From Ignavibacteriaceae bacterium (lineage in GTDB: Bacteria > Bacteroidota > Ignavibacteria > Ignavibacteriales > Ignavibacteriaceae), in assembly GCA_046703345.1 (NCBI GenBank), contig JBJKTB010000389.1, forward strand, positions 1-44,256: a stretch of 44,256 nucleotides of DNA, in the 5' to 3' direction. Positions 15,084 to 22,128 of this stretch are shown in pieces (positions within the stretch are counted from its first letter, which is position 1; every line of letters begins with the position of its first letter). Under the pieces are notes generated by a model. It saw only the letters and a program-made list of their open reading frames with translations. It had not been told where the DNA came from and did no database searches. The translations under genes and the position numbers were made by a program.

Positions 15084-15100
15084 CCCCTCCAGTGGAGGGG
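15084..15100. terminator. Hairpin between convergent genes (bidirectional terminator candidate, no U-tract)
   Basis: CCCCTCC-agt-GGAGGGG, a perfect 7-bp GC stem in the 45-bp gap between the G-like gene (+) and the 125-aa gene (-). Confidence 0.4.
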
Positions 15101-15116
15101 AATTAAAGGGGTGGGT

Positions 15117-15494
15117 TCAAAACCTATAGCTTAAAGTCAATCTATTATTATCTGCTTTTATTTCGACTCTTTGAAAGCCAATAATAAATAAAGCCAAACT
15201 TGTAATAGCGGCAAGCCCGCCTATCTTATATTTAAGTGCTCTTTTGTCTTTTAATGCCGAAGCATCAATCCCCATAGACATTCTCTTGTCAATTTCATTA
15301 TTTAATTTAAAAGAATCTTTAAAACTATCATAAGATAAATAGGCCGTTAAAGCGGCAATAGGTAGTAAATAAACATAAGGCATGGTATATTCTTTCGCTT
15401 TGTTTTTTGACGGTTCTAAATTTAGATTTATTTTCGATTGGCCATAAGAAGATACGCAAATCATTAATAAAATTATTACCGCTAAAGCCCTCAT
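15117..15494 (-). CDS. Secreted/membrane protein (125 aa), accessory (moron or superinfection-exclusion candidate)
   Basis: Signal-like N-terminus MRALAVIILLMICVSSYGQ and two further hydrophobic segments. RBS GAGGGAAGAGAGATG. A lone leftward gene between the late operon and the immunity region. Confidence 0.6.
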   Translation of the reverse strand: MRALAVIILLMICVSSYGQSKINLNLEPSKNKAKEYTMPYVYLLPIAALTAYLSYDSFKDSFKLNNEIDKRMSMGIDASALKDKRALKYKIGGLAAITSLALFIIGFQRVEIKADNNRLTLSYRF

Positions 15495-15553
15495 CTCTCT
15501 TCCCTCTTAATTTTTGTTTTGTTCATTTAAAAATAATTATATAACTTTCAAAT

Positions 15554-15677
15554 GCCAAACTTCCAACGAAAAGAAACGGTTTCGAGTTTTATAACGGAAC
15601 CGGCTTCCGGCTAACCGGTTACCCGGCGCCGGGCGCTTCTCGTTGGAGGCGTGGCAAAGTCGGTTCCGCTTTTTTTT
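15554..15677 (+). promoter_or_regulatory. GC-rich structured leader ending in an intrinsic terminator (attenuator / small RNA candidate) upstream of the 61-aa ORF
   Basis: Helix A: 15554-15568 pairs with 15641-15655 (13 of 15 positions). Helix B: 15595-15604 pairs with 15659-15668 (10 bp including one G-U) and is followed by T8 (15670-15677). The two helices cross each other. Five CCGG motifs lie within 15600-15632, in an otherwise AT-rich spacer. Confidence 0.5.
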
Positions 15678-15738
15678 GAACTCAACGGGGGTAGTTAACT
15701 TAGCCGCCGCAATTCTACAATTATTAAGAGGAGGAAAA

Positions 15739-15924
15739 ATGTTTTCGCAGCTGCCAGATTCTGTCCCATTAATCTTATTCTTGCAAAAGGCAATCCATTT
15801 ATTAACATTGGTCCAAACTATGGTTATTAGTTTAGAAGACAATTATGGTATTGATGAATGTTTGTCCGCCAATCTTGCAGAATTAAAGAAAATACTCACC
15901 GATATACTTACCGGCATAAGCTGA
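15739..15924 (+). CDS. Hypothetical small protein (61 aa)
   Basis: Strong RBS AAGAGGAGGaaaaATG at the internal Met of the 93-aa track ORF. The upstream extension runs through the structured leader and is unlikely to be translated. No family recognised. Confidence 0.5.
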   Translation: MFSQLPDSVPLILFLQKAIHLLTLVQTMVISLEDNYGIDECLSANLAELKKILTDILTGIS

Positions 15925-15934
15925 TCTAAAGGGG

Positions 15935-15951
15935 GGGGACTATAAGTCCCC
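15935..15951. terminator. Hairpin between the convergent 61-aa ORF and the repressor gene
   Basis: GGGGACT-ata-AGTCCCC, a perfect 7-bp stem preceded by a G-run. It abuts the repressor stop codon (15953-15955). Confidence 0.4.
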
Positions 15952-15952
15952 G

Positions 15953-16306
15953 CTATAATTTTTCTATTGTAATTTTTAACTTAGTAAACTCACGCATAAG
16001 CTTATCGAAGCCTTTTTTAATTTCTTCTTTGTTCTTATTTTCTTTTTCGGAGTAATAACCAAGAGCGGTTTCTTTTATTTTATTCTCGCTTTTCCCCTCT
16101 CCAAAAAAGAGCCAGTGAATATCCCCGCCGTTTAGAACGTATTTTGCCAGAAAAGGCGCCCCCGGCAGACTTGATCCGCTGAGGTTATTATTCCTTATGC
16201 TTATTTCTTTTAGATTTAACTGTCTGCAGCCTTCGGCCACAGTCCCGAATGTATCTTCGAACCACTTCTTAGTTCGGGCCGCGATTGCCGCCTTATCTAG
16301 TTCCAT
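15953..16306 (-). CDS. CI-like phage repressor (HTH N-terminal domain), 117 aa
   Basis: ...GAPFLAKYVLNGGDIHWLFFGEG resembles the end of the phage CI repressor HTH domain (...WLL.G.G). Transcribed divergently from the early operon, as c is in Mu-like phages. Confidence 0.65.
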   Translation of the reverse strand: MELDKAAIAARTKKWFEDTFGTVAEGCRQLNLKEISIRNNNLSGSSLPGAPFLAKYVLNGGDIHWLFFGEGKSENKIKETALGYYSEKENKNKEEIKKGFDKLMREFTKLKITIEKL

Positions 16307-16338
16307 AATTAATATTTTATATTTTTTTTATTTTATAC

Positions 16339-16367
16339 TTGACACGATATAATTAATTTATTATGTT
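16339..16367 (+). promoter_or_regulatory. Early promoter (sigma70-type) for the ner-A-B operon
   Basis: TTGACA (16339-16344), a 17-nt spacer, then TATGTT (16362-16367), in the 103-bp AT-rich divergent region between the repressor and the Ner-like gene. Confidence 0.6.
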
Positions 16368-16409
16368 CACTTGTGTGTTTAATTTCTTAAATCAAATTAA
16401 GTAAATGGA

Positions 16410-16616
16410 ATGAAAAAGGGAAATATTTTAGACGTCGATTCAGATCCTGCTCTTGTTAGATATTATATTGATACTTTAGAGATGACTCAGGCCGATATTG
16501 CCGGCGAACTTAATTATACCGAAGCGGCGGTTTCAATGGCCATAAACAGACATCCACGCCTTAAGGACCTCAGACAGAAAATAATAAATTTAATCAATTC
16601 AAAGAACAAACAATAA
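16410..16616 (+). CDS. Ner/Cro-like small HTH regulator (68 aa)
   Basis: HTH-like MTQADIAGELNYTEAAVSMAINRH. First gene of the early operon, divergent from the repressor. Confidence 0.55.
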   Translation: MKKGNILDVDSDPALVRYYIDTLEMTQADIAGELNYTEAAVSMAINRHPRLKDLRQKIINLINSKNKQ

Positions 16617-16655
16617 AGGGAGAATCCCGTTTAAGTTAACAGGAGGAAGAATTTA

Positions 16656-17279
16656 ATGACAAATACAAAAACAGGCAACAACCCGGTATGCACAGACCAT
16701 CTACAAAACGGCTACAATCTTAATATTCATTATTTAGACCAACTTGAACAGGCCTGTTTGGAAATGCAGGAGAAGATCCGCCGCACCGGCGTTAGAGATT
16801 TTAACGTCTGGCTTTGGCTAGAAAAACAGTTTCGGGATCATTATTCCAGCCATCACATTAACGGACGTAAACCGCCGAAAGCCATTACAATCCAGCAATG
16901 GTGCAGAAACGATTCTATTTCGGTTTCATCAAAAATGGGCACCGAGGATTTTAGGCTGATCTGTCAATTCATCAACAATCATATACCTATTATCTCATAC
17001 TATGAATATTCTATTTCCTACTTCTCAAAAGAAATTGCTAGAGAAGTAATAGAAGATATTAAGGCGCTTAACTCGCACATTTTAAACCTTGCAAAAGAAA
17101 ACGGAGATCTCGCCGACGAATTCAATAAAGATATTATGGACGATATTCTAACCGGAGAGGAGGCCGAAAGGATAAAGAAGAAAGCACAGAATTTAATTGA
17201 CAGTGCCAGACAAATAATTAATGCATGCGATAATAAATCGCTGCTTAATACACCGGCAAAAGAATCAAAAGCAAATTAA
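16656..17279 (+). CDS. Hypothetical early protein (207 aa; possibly a CII/CP76-like regulator, weak)
   Basis: Strong RBS AGGAGGaagaatttaATG. Possible HTH around ITIQQWCRNDSISVSSKMG and a helical acidic C-terminal half. Assignment is speculative. Confidence 0.6.
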   Translation: MTNTKTGNNPVCTDHLQNGYNLNIHYLDQLEQACLEMQEKIRRTGVRDFNVWLWLEKQFRDHYSSHHINGRKPPKAITIQQWCRNDSISVSSKMGTEDFRLICQFINNHIPIISYYEYSISYFSKEIAREVIEDIKALNSHILNLAKENGDLADEFNKDIMDDILTGEEAERIKKKAQNLIDSARQIINACDNKSLLNTPAKESKAN

Positions 17280-17280
17280 C

Positions 17281-17436
17281 ATGAAAACATTATATCAAAT
17301 GCTAACCTTTCTTTGGCTTATCATCGGGCTGGTAGATTTGTTTAAGCACGACAACCCCATTGCCGCACTAAACGCCTTTATAGCCTCATTTATTTTTTTA
17401 GTCCTGTTTGTACGATTAAAATGGAGGGAAGGATGA
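17281..17436 (+). CDS. Small membrane protein (51 aa)
   Basis: The ATG lies 2 nt after the upstream stop. Two hydrophobic helices (LTFLWLIIGLVDLF, FIASFIFLVLFV). The longer 71-aa track ORF overlaps the upstream gene and is less likely. Confidence 0.45.
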   Translation: MKTLYQMLTFLWLIIGLVDLFKHDNPIAALNAFIASFIFLVLFVRLKWREG

Positions 17437-17633
17437 TTTACATTGTTATAATAATTGATTCGCTTCTTGTTGCCTCATTACTATTTGCATTAATCCGTTT
17501 TCTTCTGCGCAGGCACCCGGATGTTGCGGGTTTCCTTTTTACCGATGCGGACAGCAAAACACTTAACGAGACTTTCGCTTCAGCAGCTTCGTTCAATAAA
17601 AACTTAAAAGATACGGCGGCCAATAATGTTTAA
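17433..17633 (+). CDS. Small membrane protein (66 aa)
   Basis: RBS GGAGGGAAGGATG. N-terminal TM IYIVIIIDSLLVASLLFALIRFLL. Overlaps the upstream stop by 4 nt. Confidence 0.5.
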   Translation: MIYIVIIIDSLLVASLLFALIRFLLRRHPDVAGFLFTDADSKTLNETFASAASFNKNLKDTAANNV

Positions 17634-17838
17634 GACAATAGAAATTTCTTTTAAAGATATATGCGAAGAAGCCAAGAGCCATTACCCGGATCTTGAGCCG
17701 ATGGAGCAGTTAAAAAGATTTATCGGCTTCCAGGGGCTTATTTACAAAAATACTACCGGCGACAGGCATGACACGGCAAGCATTAAAATGATGGCGGCAA
17801 AATTTTTATATAATATCTTCTATGAAAATAGGAATTAA
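17626..17838 (+). CDS. Hypothetical early protein (70 aa)
   Basis: ORF overlapping the upstream stop by 8 nt, in an operon-like packed arrangement. No family recognised. Confidence 0.55.
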   Translation: MFKTIEISFKDICEEAKSHYPDLEPMEQLKRFIGFQGLIYKNTTGDRHDTASIKMMAAKFLYNIFYENRN

Positions 17839-17841
17839 ATT

Positions 17842-18120
17842 ATGCAGGATTTAAACCTCGAAATAAAAGAAGGCGGCGATACTATCCGCGCATTTTTTTC
17901 TATGCATAACATAAGACTTATTCACCGCACATTTATAAGATGGGACGGATATAACTATCCCATCCCCGCAGAATTCCAGAAGTACCACATGAAAAAGGCA
18001 ATGGTCGGGCACACAAAAGATCACCGGCTTATATTTCTAACTCCCGATCTTACTCTATGCTATCTGCCCGCCGCAAAACAAATTATAAAATTAAAAGGAG
18101 AATTAAATATATGTACATAA
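17842..18120 (+). CDS. Hypothetical early protein (92 aa)
   Basis: RBS AGGAattaaattATG. No family recognised. Confidence 0.55.
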   Translation: MQDLNLEIKEGGDTIRAFFSMHNIRLIHRTFIRWDGYNYPIPAEFQKYHMKKAMVGHTKDHRLIFLTPDLTLCYLPAAKQIIKLKGELNICT

Positions 18121-18230
18121 TAACTTCGTGGTTATTAATCCTTATTACCGCACTTTACATGCTGCGCAAAATTAGAAAGAGCGCGCCGCATAGGACATAC
18201 AGAAACTCTTTTAACAAAGATGATTTATGA
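18111..18230 (+). CDS. Very small membrane ORF (39 aa), below the ORF-track cutoff
   Basis: AAAGGAG RBS 10 nt upstream. Reads MYIITSWLLILITALYMLRKIRKSAPHRTYRNSFNKDDL. Its TGA overlaps the transposase ATG (ATGA), which suggests translational coupling. Confidence 0.35.
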   Translation: MYIITSWLLILITALYMLRKIRKSAPHRTYRNSFNKDDL

Positions 18231-20248
18231 AAGCTATAATTCCCGGTTCGCAGCATGAAAATTTAATAAGCTTAAAGCAGCTTGCAAAGCTTATTAACGA
18301 AATTCACTGGCAGAAGGAATATAATACGATCCGCAAAAGAGCCGCGCGCGGCAAATACAAAACTTATATAAAGATTAAAGGCGAAGGATACGTTTCAATT
18401 GATGATCCGGAAGTACCTGTAAATATAAAAGCCAAATTCCACCCGGCAGTTTCTGCAAGGTCGTCGAGTAGTCCCGATTCATCGGGACATATCGAGACGA
18501 CCGGGAACGAACTAAGTCCCAGGCAGTACCAATTTGCAATAGCGGCCGCAAAGCTGATAAATATGTTTATAGAGTATAGCGGCCTGCCTGAGAACAAAGG
18601 CAATAAAACAAATGCCCAGCATAAATTTGTTAATGCGTATAACAACAAAGCATGGGAAGATATTTTTAAGATTATAGGTCAGCGCAACATACAGACAATC
18701 CGCAAGTGGAGGACAAAATATATTAACTCCGGAAAAGACTACAGGGCGCTTGCTCCGCAGTATCCGGTTAAAAAACAAAGCTGTGTTACTCCGGAAGAAT
18801 CCAAGGTTTTAATTAGACTGCATTTGAACCCTCTAAGAAAGCCTCTGGTTTCTGAAACCGTACATATGGCAATAGACTTCTTTGTAGCCAAAAGATTTCC
18901 CCATATTCGGAGCTATACAACTTACTGCCGATTTCTTAACCAATGGATAAAAGATAATTATGCGGACTATATTTTTTATAGAGAAGGCGAGAAGGGACTT
19001 GATGATAAAGTTTTGCCCTACCTAGAAAGAGATTATGATAAAGTTGAAGTCGGCGATATTATAGTAATGGACGGCCACGTTAATAACTATGAAATAATTA
19101 ATCCTCTGACCGGCCTGCCGAAAAGAATGATAACTGTCGGCGCAATGGATTTTAAGAGCCAATATCTGGCCGGATATGAAATTGCAATTACAGAAAACAC
19201 ATTGTCTATTGCAAGTGCGCTGCGCCGGGCAATACTTAACCTAGGAAAAATTCCGAAGATAGTTTATATAGATAACGGCAAGGCATTTAAAGCAAAATAT
19301 TTCCATGAATCGGATATAGATAATCTTGAGCCTCTTTTTGCCCGGCTGGGAATAGATACGATTTTTGCTAAGGCATATCATCCTCAGGGCAAGCCGATTG
19401 AACCGTTCTGGGATTGGATGGCAGAACTCGAAAGGATTATCCCTACTTATGTAGGGACATCTATTGAGAACAAACCTGCAAGGATGAACCGAGGTGAAAA
19501 AATTCATACAAAGCTTTATCAAAAAGCAATGCAGGGTACAACTATTGATATTTGGACTGCGCATAAAGCAATGGGCTGGTGGCTGGATAAATATCATAAC
19601 CGCGAAAAGATTTCCGGGCACTTAAAAGGACTGACTCCGGCAGAGGTCTTTAACGAAGGCAGAGGTCCGGGCGTTAATAAAAAAGAACTTATCTTTTTAA
19701 TGATGCAGATGAATATTGCTACACTTTACCGCAAAGGCATAAGATTATTTTCTACCTGGTTCTGGAATGAATCTTTATTCGGAAAGAAGCTTGGACCAGG
19801 CAGCGAATTACTTATACGTTATGATTTGCTGGATCGTGATTCAATTTTTGTTTATGACCTAGCCGGTGAATTTATATGCGAAGCAAAGGATGTTGAAAAA
19901 GTTCATCCTGCAGCCGGTTTGCTGGGCAATGAAGAAGATATTAAAAAATTACACGAACAACTGGCAATTAAAGAAAAATTAAAATCTTCAATAACCGGAG
20001 AAGCGAAACAATTTATTCAGGAAGAGATATTCCCTGACATTAAGCGCCAGCTACAGGACGCAAATATATTGTCTTTGCCCGAGCACTCGGACAATCCGGA
20101 ATCGGAAAATGAAGAAGCACCCCCATCCGCTAAAGCTTCGGAGGGCAAAGGGCGTAAGAAGAAAAAAAGCATTACGGATTTGTGGAATAATCCGGGACAA
20201 AAAAAGGTGCGCAATATTGATTTAACTTCCAAAGCAGCAGAGGGATAA
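18227..20248 (+). CDS. Mu-type DDE transposase (MuA-like), 673 aa
   Basis: DDE triad candidates in VMDGHV, VYIDNGKAFKA and PQGKPIEPFW (rve-type core with Mu-like spacing). N-terminal DNA-binding region and a basic/acidic C-terminal tail. Followed by an AAA+ MuB-like gene. Confidence 0.9.
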   Translation: MKAIIPGSQHENLISLKQLAKLINEIHWQKEYNTIRKRAARGKYKTYIKIKGEGYVSIDDPEVPVNIKAKFHPAVSARSSSSPDSSGHIETTGNELSPRQYQFAIAAAKLINMFIEYSGLPENKGNKTNAQHKFVNAYNNKAWEDIFKIIGQRNIQTIRKWRTKYINSGKDYRALAPQYPVKKQSCVTPEESKVLIRLHLNPLRKPLVSETVHMAIDFFVAKRFPHIRSYTTYCRFLNQWIKDNYADYIFYREGEKGLDDKVLPYLERDYDKVEVGDIIVMDGHVNNYEIINPLTGLPKRMITVGAMDFKSQYLAGYEIAITENTLSIASALRRAILNLGKIPKIVYIDNGKAFKAKYFHESDIDNLEPLFARLGIDTIFAKAYHPQGKPIEPFWDWMAELERIIPTYVGTSIENKPARMNRGEKIHTKLYQKAMQGTTIDIWTAHKAMGWWLDKYHNREKISGHLKGLTPAEVFNEGRGPGVNKKELIFLMMQMNIATLYRKGIRLFSTWFWNESLFGKKLGPGSELLIRYDLLDRDSIFVYDLAGEFICEAKDVEKVHPAAGLLGNEEDIKKLHEQLAIKEKLKSSITGEAKQFIQEEIFPDIKRQLQDANILSLPEHSDNPESENEEAPPSAKASEGKGRKKKKSITDLWNNPGQKKVRNIDLTSKAAEG

Positions 20249-20251
20249 AAT

Positions 20252-20677
20252 ATGACGAGGAAAGTCAACAACATCATCGACAGAGTAATTAAAAGAAAAG
20301 CGGTCGGGATAATCTACAACATCCCCAAAACCGATGAGGCTATTCTGCAGAACAAACTGCTTGACCAGAAAAAAGCAGTTGTAATAAGAGGCCGGGACGC
20401 ATACACGGCACCTATGTTCATGTTCCGCTTATCCTCAAAACTGAAAATAAAAAACATAACGTTTAACCAGGTAGCCGCTTTTATTGAAGGCAAACTGATT
20501 ACCGTTACCGGCGCGGACGTTATAAAGAGCAGCTATAACAGAATTATAGACGATGCTTATAAATACAAAGTGCCATTGCTTATTCTAATGAATAGCGATA
20601 CCACAATGAAAGACTTCCGCAAACTGAAAGCTTACACAAAAATTTTAACGATAGAACAAGACTATAATTATTTATAA
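20252..20677 (+). CDS. Hypothetical protein (141 aa) inserted between the transposase and the MuB-like ATPase
   Basis: ORF starting 4 nt after the transposase stop. No family recognised. Confidence 0.65.
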   Translation: MTRKVNNIIDRVIKRKAVGIIYNIPKTDEAILQNKLLDQKKAVVIRGRDAYTAPMFMFRLSSKLKIKNITFNQVAAFIEGKLITVTGADVIKSSYNRIIDDAYKYKVPLLILMNSDTTMKDFRKLKAYTKILTIEQDYNYL

Positions 20678-20698
20678 ATATTATAGGAGGAATAATAT

Positions 20699-21664
20699 AT
20701 GCCCGAACAAATTCTCAGCGATTCTAGGATAGAAGAAATAAGAAAACGTCTCAATCAATTCATGGCTGAAAATACTTTAAGGAGTAATTCAACCATAGGT
20801 AATAACATCGGTATGTCTCCCGGTACTATCTCGCTGTTCCGTAATGGCAAATATGAGGTTAGAAAGGAAAAGCTTTCCGAACTTGCGAACCGAATAAACG
20901 ATTACCTTGACAGTGAAGAGGCCGAAATTACTAAGGCGGTAAGCAAGGGGATCTTAACCTTTGCAGAAACTACCGCCGCACAGACAATATTTAAAGTAAT
21001 AAATCATTCGGCCGAAGAGCATACAATCGGAGTTATAGCCGGCGTGCCCGGCTGCGGCAAAACAATTACGGTGAATGAATATAAGAAGCGGAATAAGAAT
21101 ACGATACTTATAGAAGTGACTCCTCTGGTAACGGTCCGCAGTTTAATAAACGATGTTTGCAAAGAGCTGAAGATCCCGCTGTTCTCATATACTTTAAAAG
21201 ATACTCCTAGGTTAATTTCAAACCAAAACCTTTTCGAAGAAATAATAAAAAAGCTTAACGGGACAAACCGCATACTTATTATTGACGAAGGGGAGAACCT
21301 CAGTGTTTCTTGTATAGAAATAATTAGGCGCATACAGGACTTTACCAGCATCGGCATGCTGCTTTCCGGAACACCCAAACTTTTAGACAGACTAAGAGGG
21401 CCGCGCAAAGAGCTGCAGCAGCTGTTCAGCCGAATAGGAATAAAGGAAGAAATTACTTTGCTGCAGCAGGGTGATGTGAAAGCAATTCTGCATGTGAACT
21501 TTCCGGAAGCAATGAAATTTGCAAACACGTTCCTGCAGCTTTCAAAGCACAACGGCAGACTGCTGCAGCACTTAATCACTTTGGTTAAAAGGACTATTAA
21601 CGAAACCGGAGAAGAACTCTCCGATGACTTAATAGACCTTGCCGCCGGATCTTTATTAACATGA
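20699..21664 (+). CDS. MuB-like AAA+ ATPase, transposition target-capture protein (321 aa)
   Basis: N-terminal HTH (IGNNIGMSPGTISLFRNGKY), Walker A GVPGCGKT and Walker B LIIDEGE. RBS AGGAGGaataatatATG. Lies downstream of the transposase. Confidence 0.85.
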   Translation: MPEQILSDSRIEEIRKRLNQFMAENTLRSNSTIGNNIGMSPGTISLFRNGKYEVRKEKLSELANRINDYLDSEEAEITKAVSKGILTFAETTAAQTIFKVINHSAEEHTIGVIAGVPGCGKTITVNEYKKRNKNTILIEVTPLVTVRSLINDVCKELKIPLFSYTLKDTPRLISNQNLFEEIIKKLNGTNRILIIDEGENLSVSCIEIIRRIQDFTSIGMLLSGTPKLLDRLRGPRKELQQLFSRIGIKEEITLLQQGDVKAILHVNFPEAMKFANTFLQLSKHNGRLLQHLITLVKRTINETGEELSDDLIDLAAGSLLT

Positions 21665-21963
21665 ACGGAGAAGATTTGGAATTAGAAATAACAAATCACG
21701 TCTGCAAGCGGTACATACAGCGTTTCAATCCGCAGCTGGATGCAATCAATGATTTTAACGACCGTTTAATCGCCGCTAAAAAAGCCATTATTGCGATCTT
21801 AAATACCGCTAGATATTTAAGCGACGACCATCGCGGAATATTACTTAAGAGCAGTGAATATAAATGCTTTTTGATTATCCGGAACAAAACGCTTGTTACT
21901 ATTTATCCCGAAGGCACGAAGCGGAAATACAGGGAAAGGAAATACAATCAAGAATGTGCATAA
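21661..21963 (+). CDS. Hypothetical early protein (100 aa)
   Basis: The start overlaps the MuB-like stop (ATGA). No family recognised. Confidence 0.6.
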   Translation: MNGEDLELEITNHVCKRYIQRFNPQLDAINDFNDRLIAAKKAIIAILNTARYLSDDHRGILLKSSEYKCFLIIRNKTLVTIYPEGTKRKYRERKYNQECA

Positions 21964-22128
21964 TATATGTTTCTGATAAAACCATTGAAAACGATCTAAG
22001 AATAATTCAAGAGAAACTTGGGAGCGAATTCATATTGATAATGCTTGCAAGAATAATATCGGAAAACTACTGGTGGGTCTGGCCAGAAATGAAAAAAGAA
22101 ATAGACAAAGAATTAAAGAAGGAGGGCA
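21954..22128 (+). CDS. Hypothetical ORF truncated by the palindrome axis (58 codons present, true C-terminus unknown)
   Basis: MCIIYVSDKTIENDLRIIQEKLGSEFILIMLARIISENYWWVWPEMKKEIDKELKKEGM| runs without a stop into the axis. The 108-aa track ORFs (21864..22190 and 22067..22393) are chimeras of this frame with its own antisense. Confidence 0.4.

Larger units (their letters stand above)
1..22128. repeat. Left arm of a window-spanning perfect inverted repeat (the unique 22,128-bp unit)
   Basis: First 26 nt (gtctcgcttttcttcgccatatcttc) are the exact reverse complement of the last 26 nt. The centre reads ggagggca|tgccctcc. All ORF-track entries pair up as x and 44257-x with identical proteins. Confidence 0.97.

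Noticed and set aside
15595-15668. tRNA-like element (7-bp terminal stem, about 74 nt)
   Set aside because: The interior cannot be folded into D, anticodon and T arms, and there is no GTTCRANYC T-loop. It is interpreted instead as a terminator-bearing structured leader.
15537-15842. 101-aa minus-strand ORF, and the 93-aa plus-strand ORF starting at 15643
   Set aside because: Both run through the GC-rich structured element and lack an RBS. The only convincing start is the ATG at 15739, preceded by AAGAGGAGG, which gives a 61-aa product.
21004-21579. Long antisense ORFs inside confident genes (for example 21004..21579, 19241..19621, 18364..18778, 7766..8176, 5714..6097, 306..626 and their mirrors)
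   Set aside because: Each lies wholly within, and antisense to, a gene with recognisable family motifs. They have Cys/Ser/Leu/Phe-rich low-complexity translations and no RBS, which is typical of shadow ORFs.
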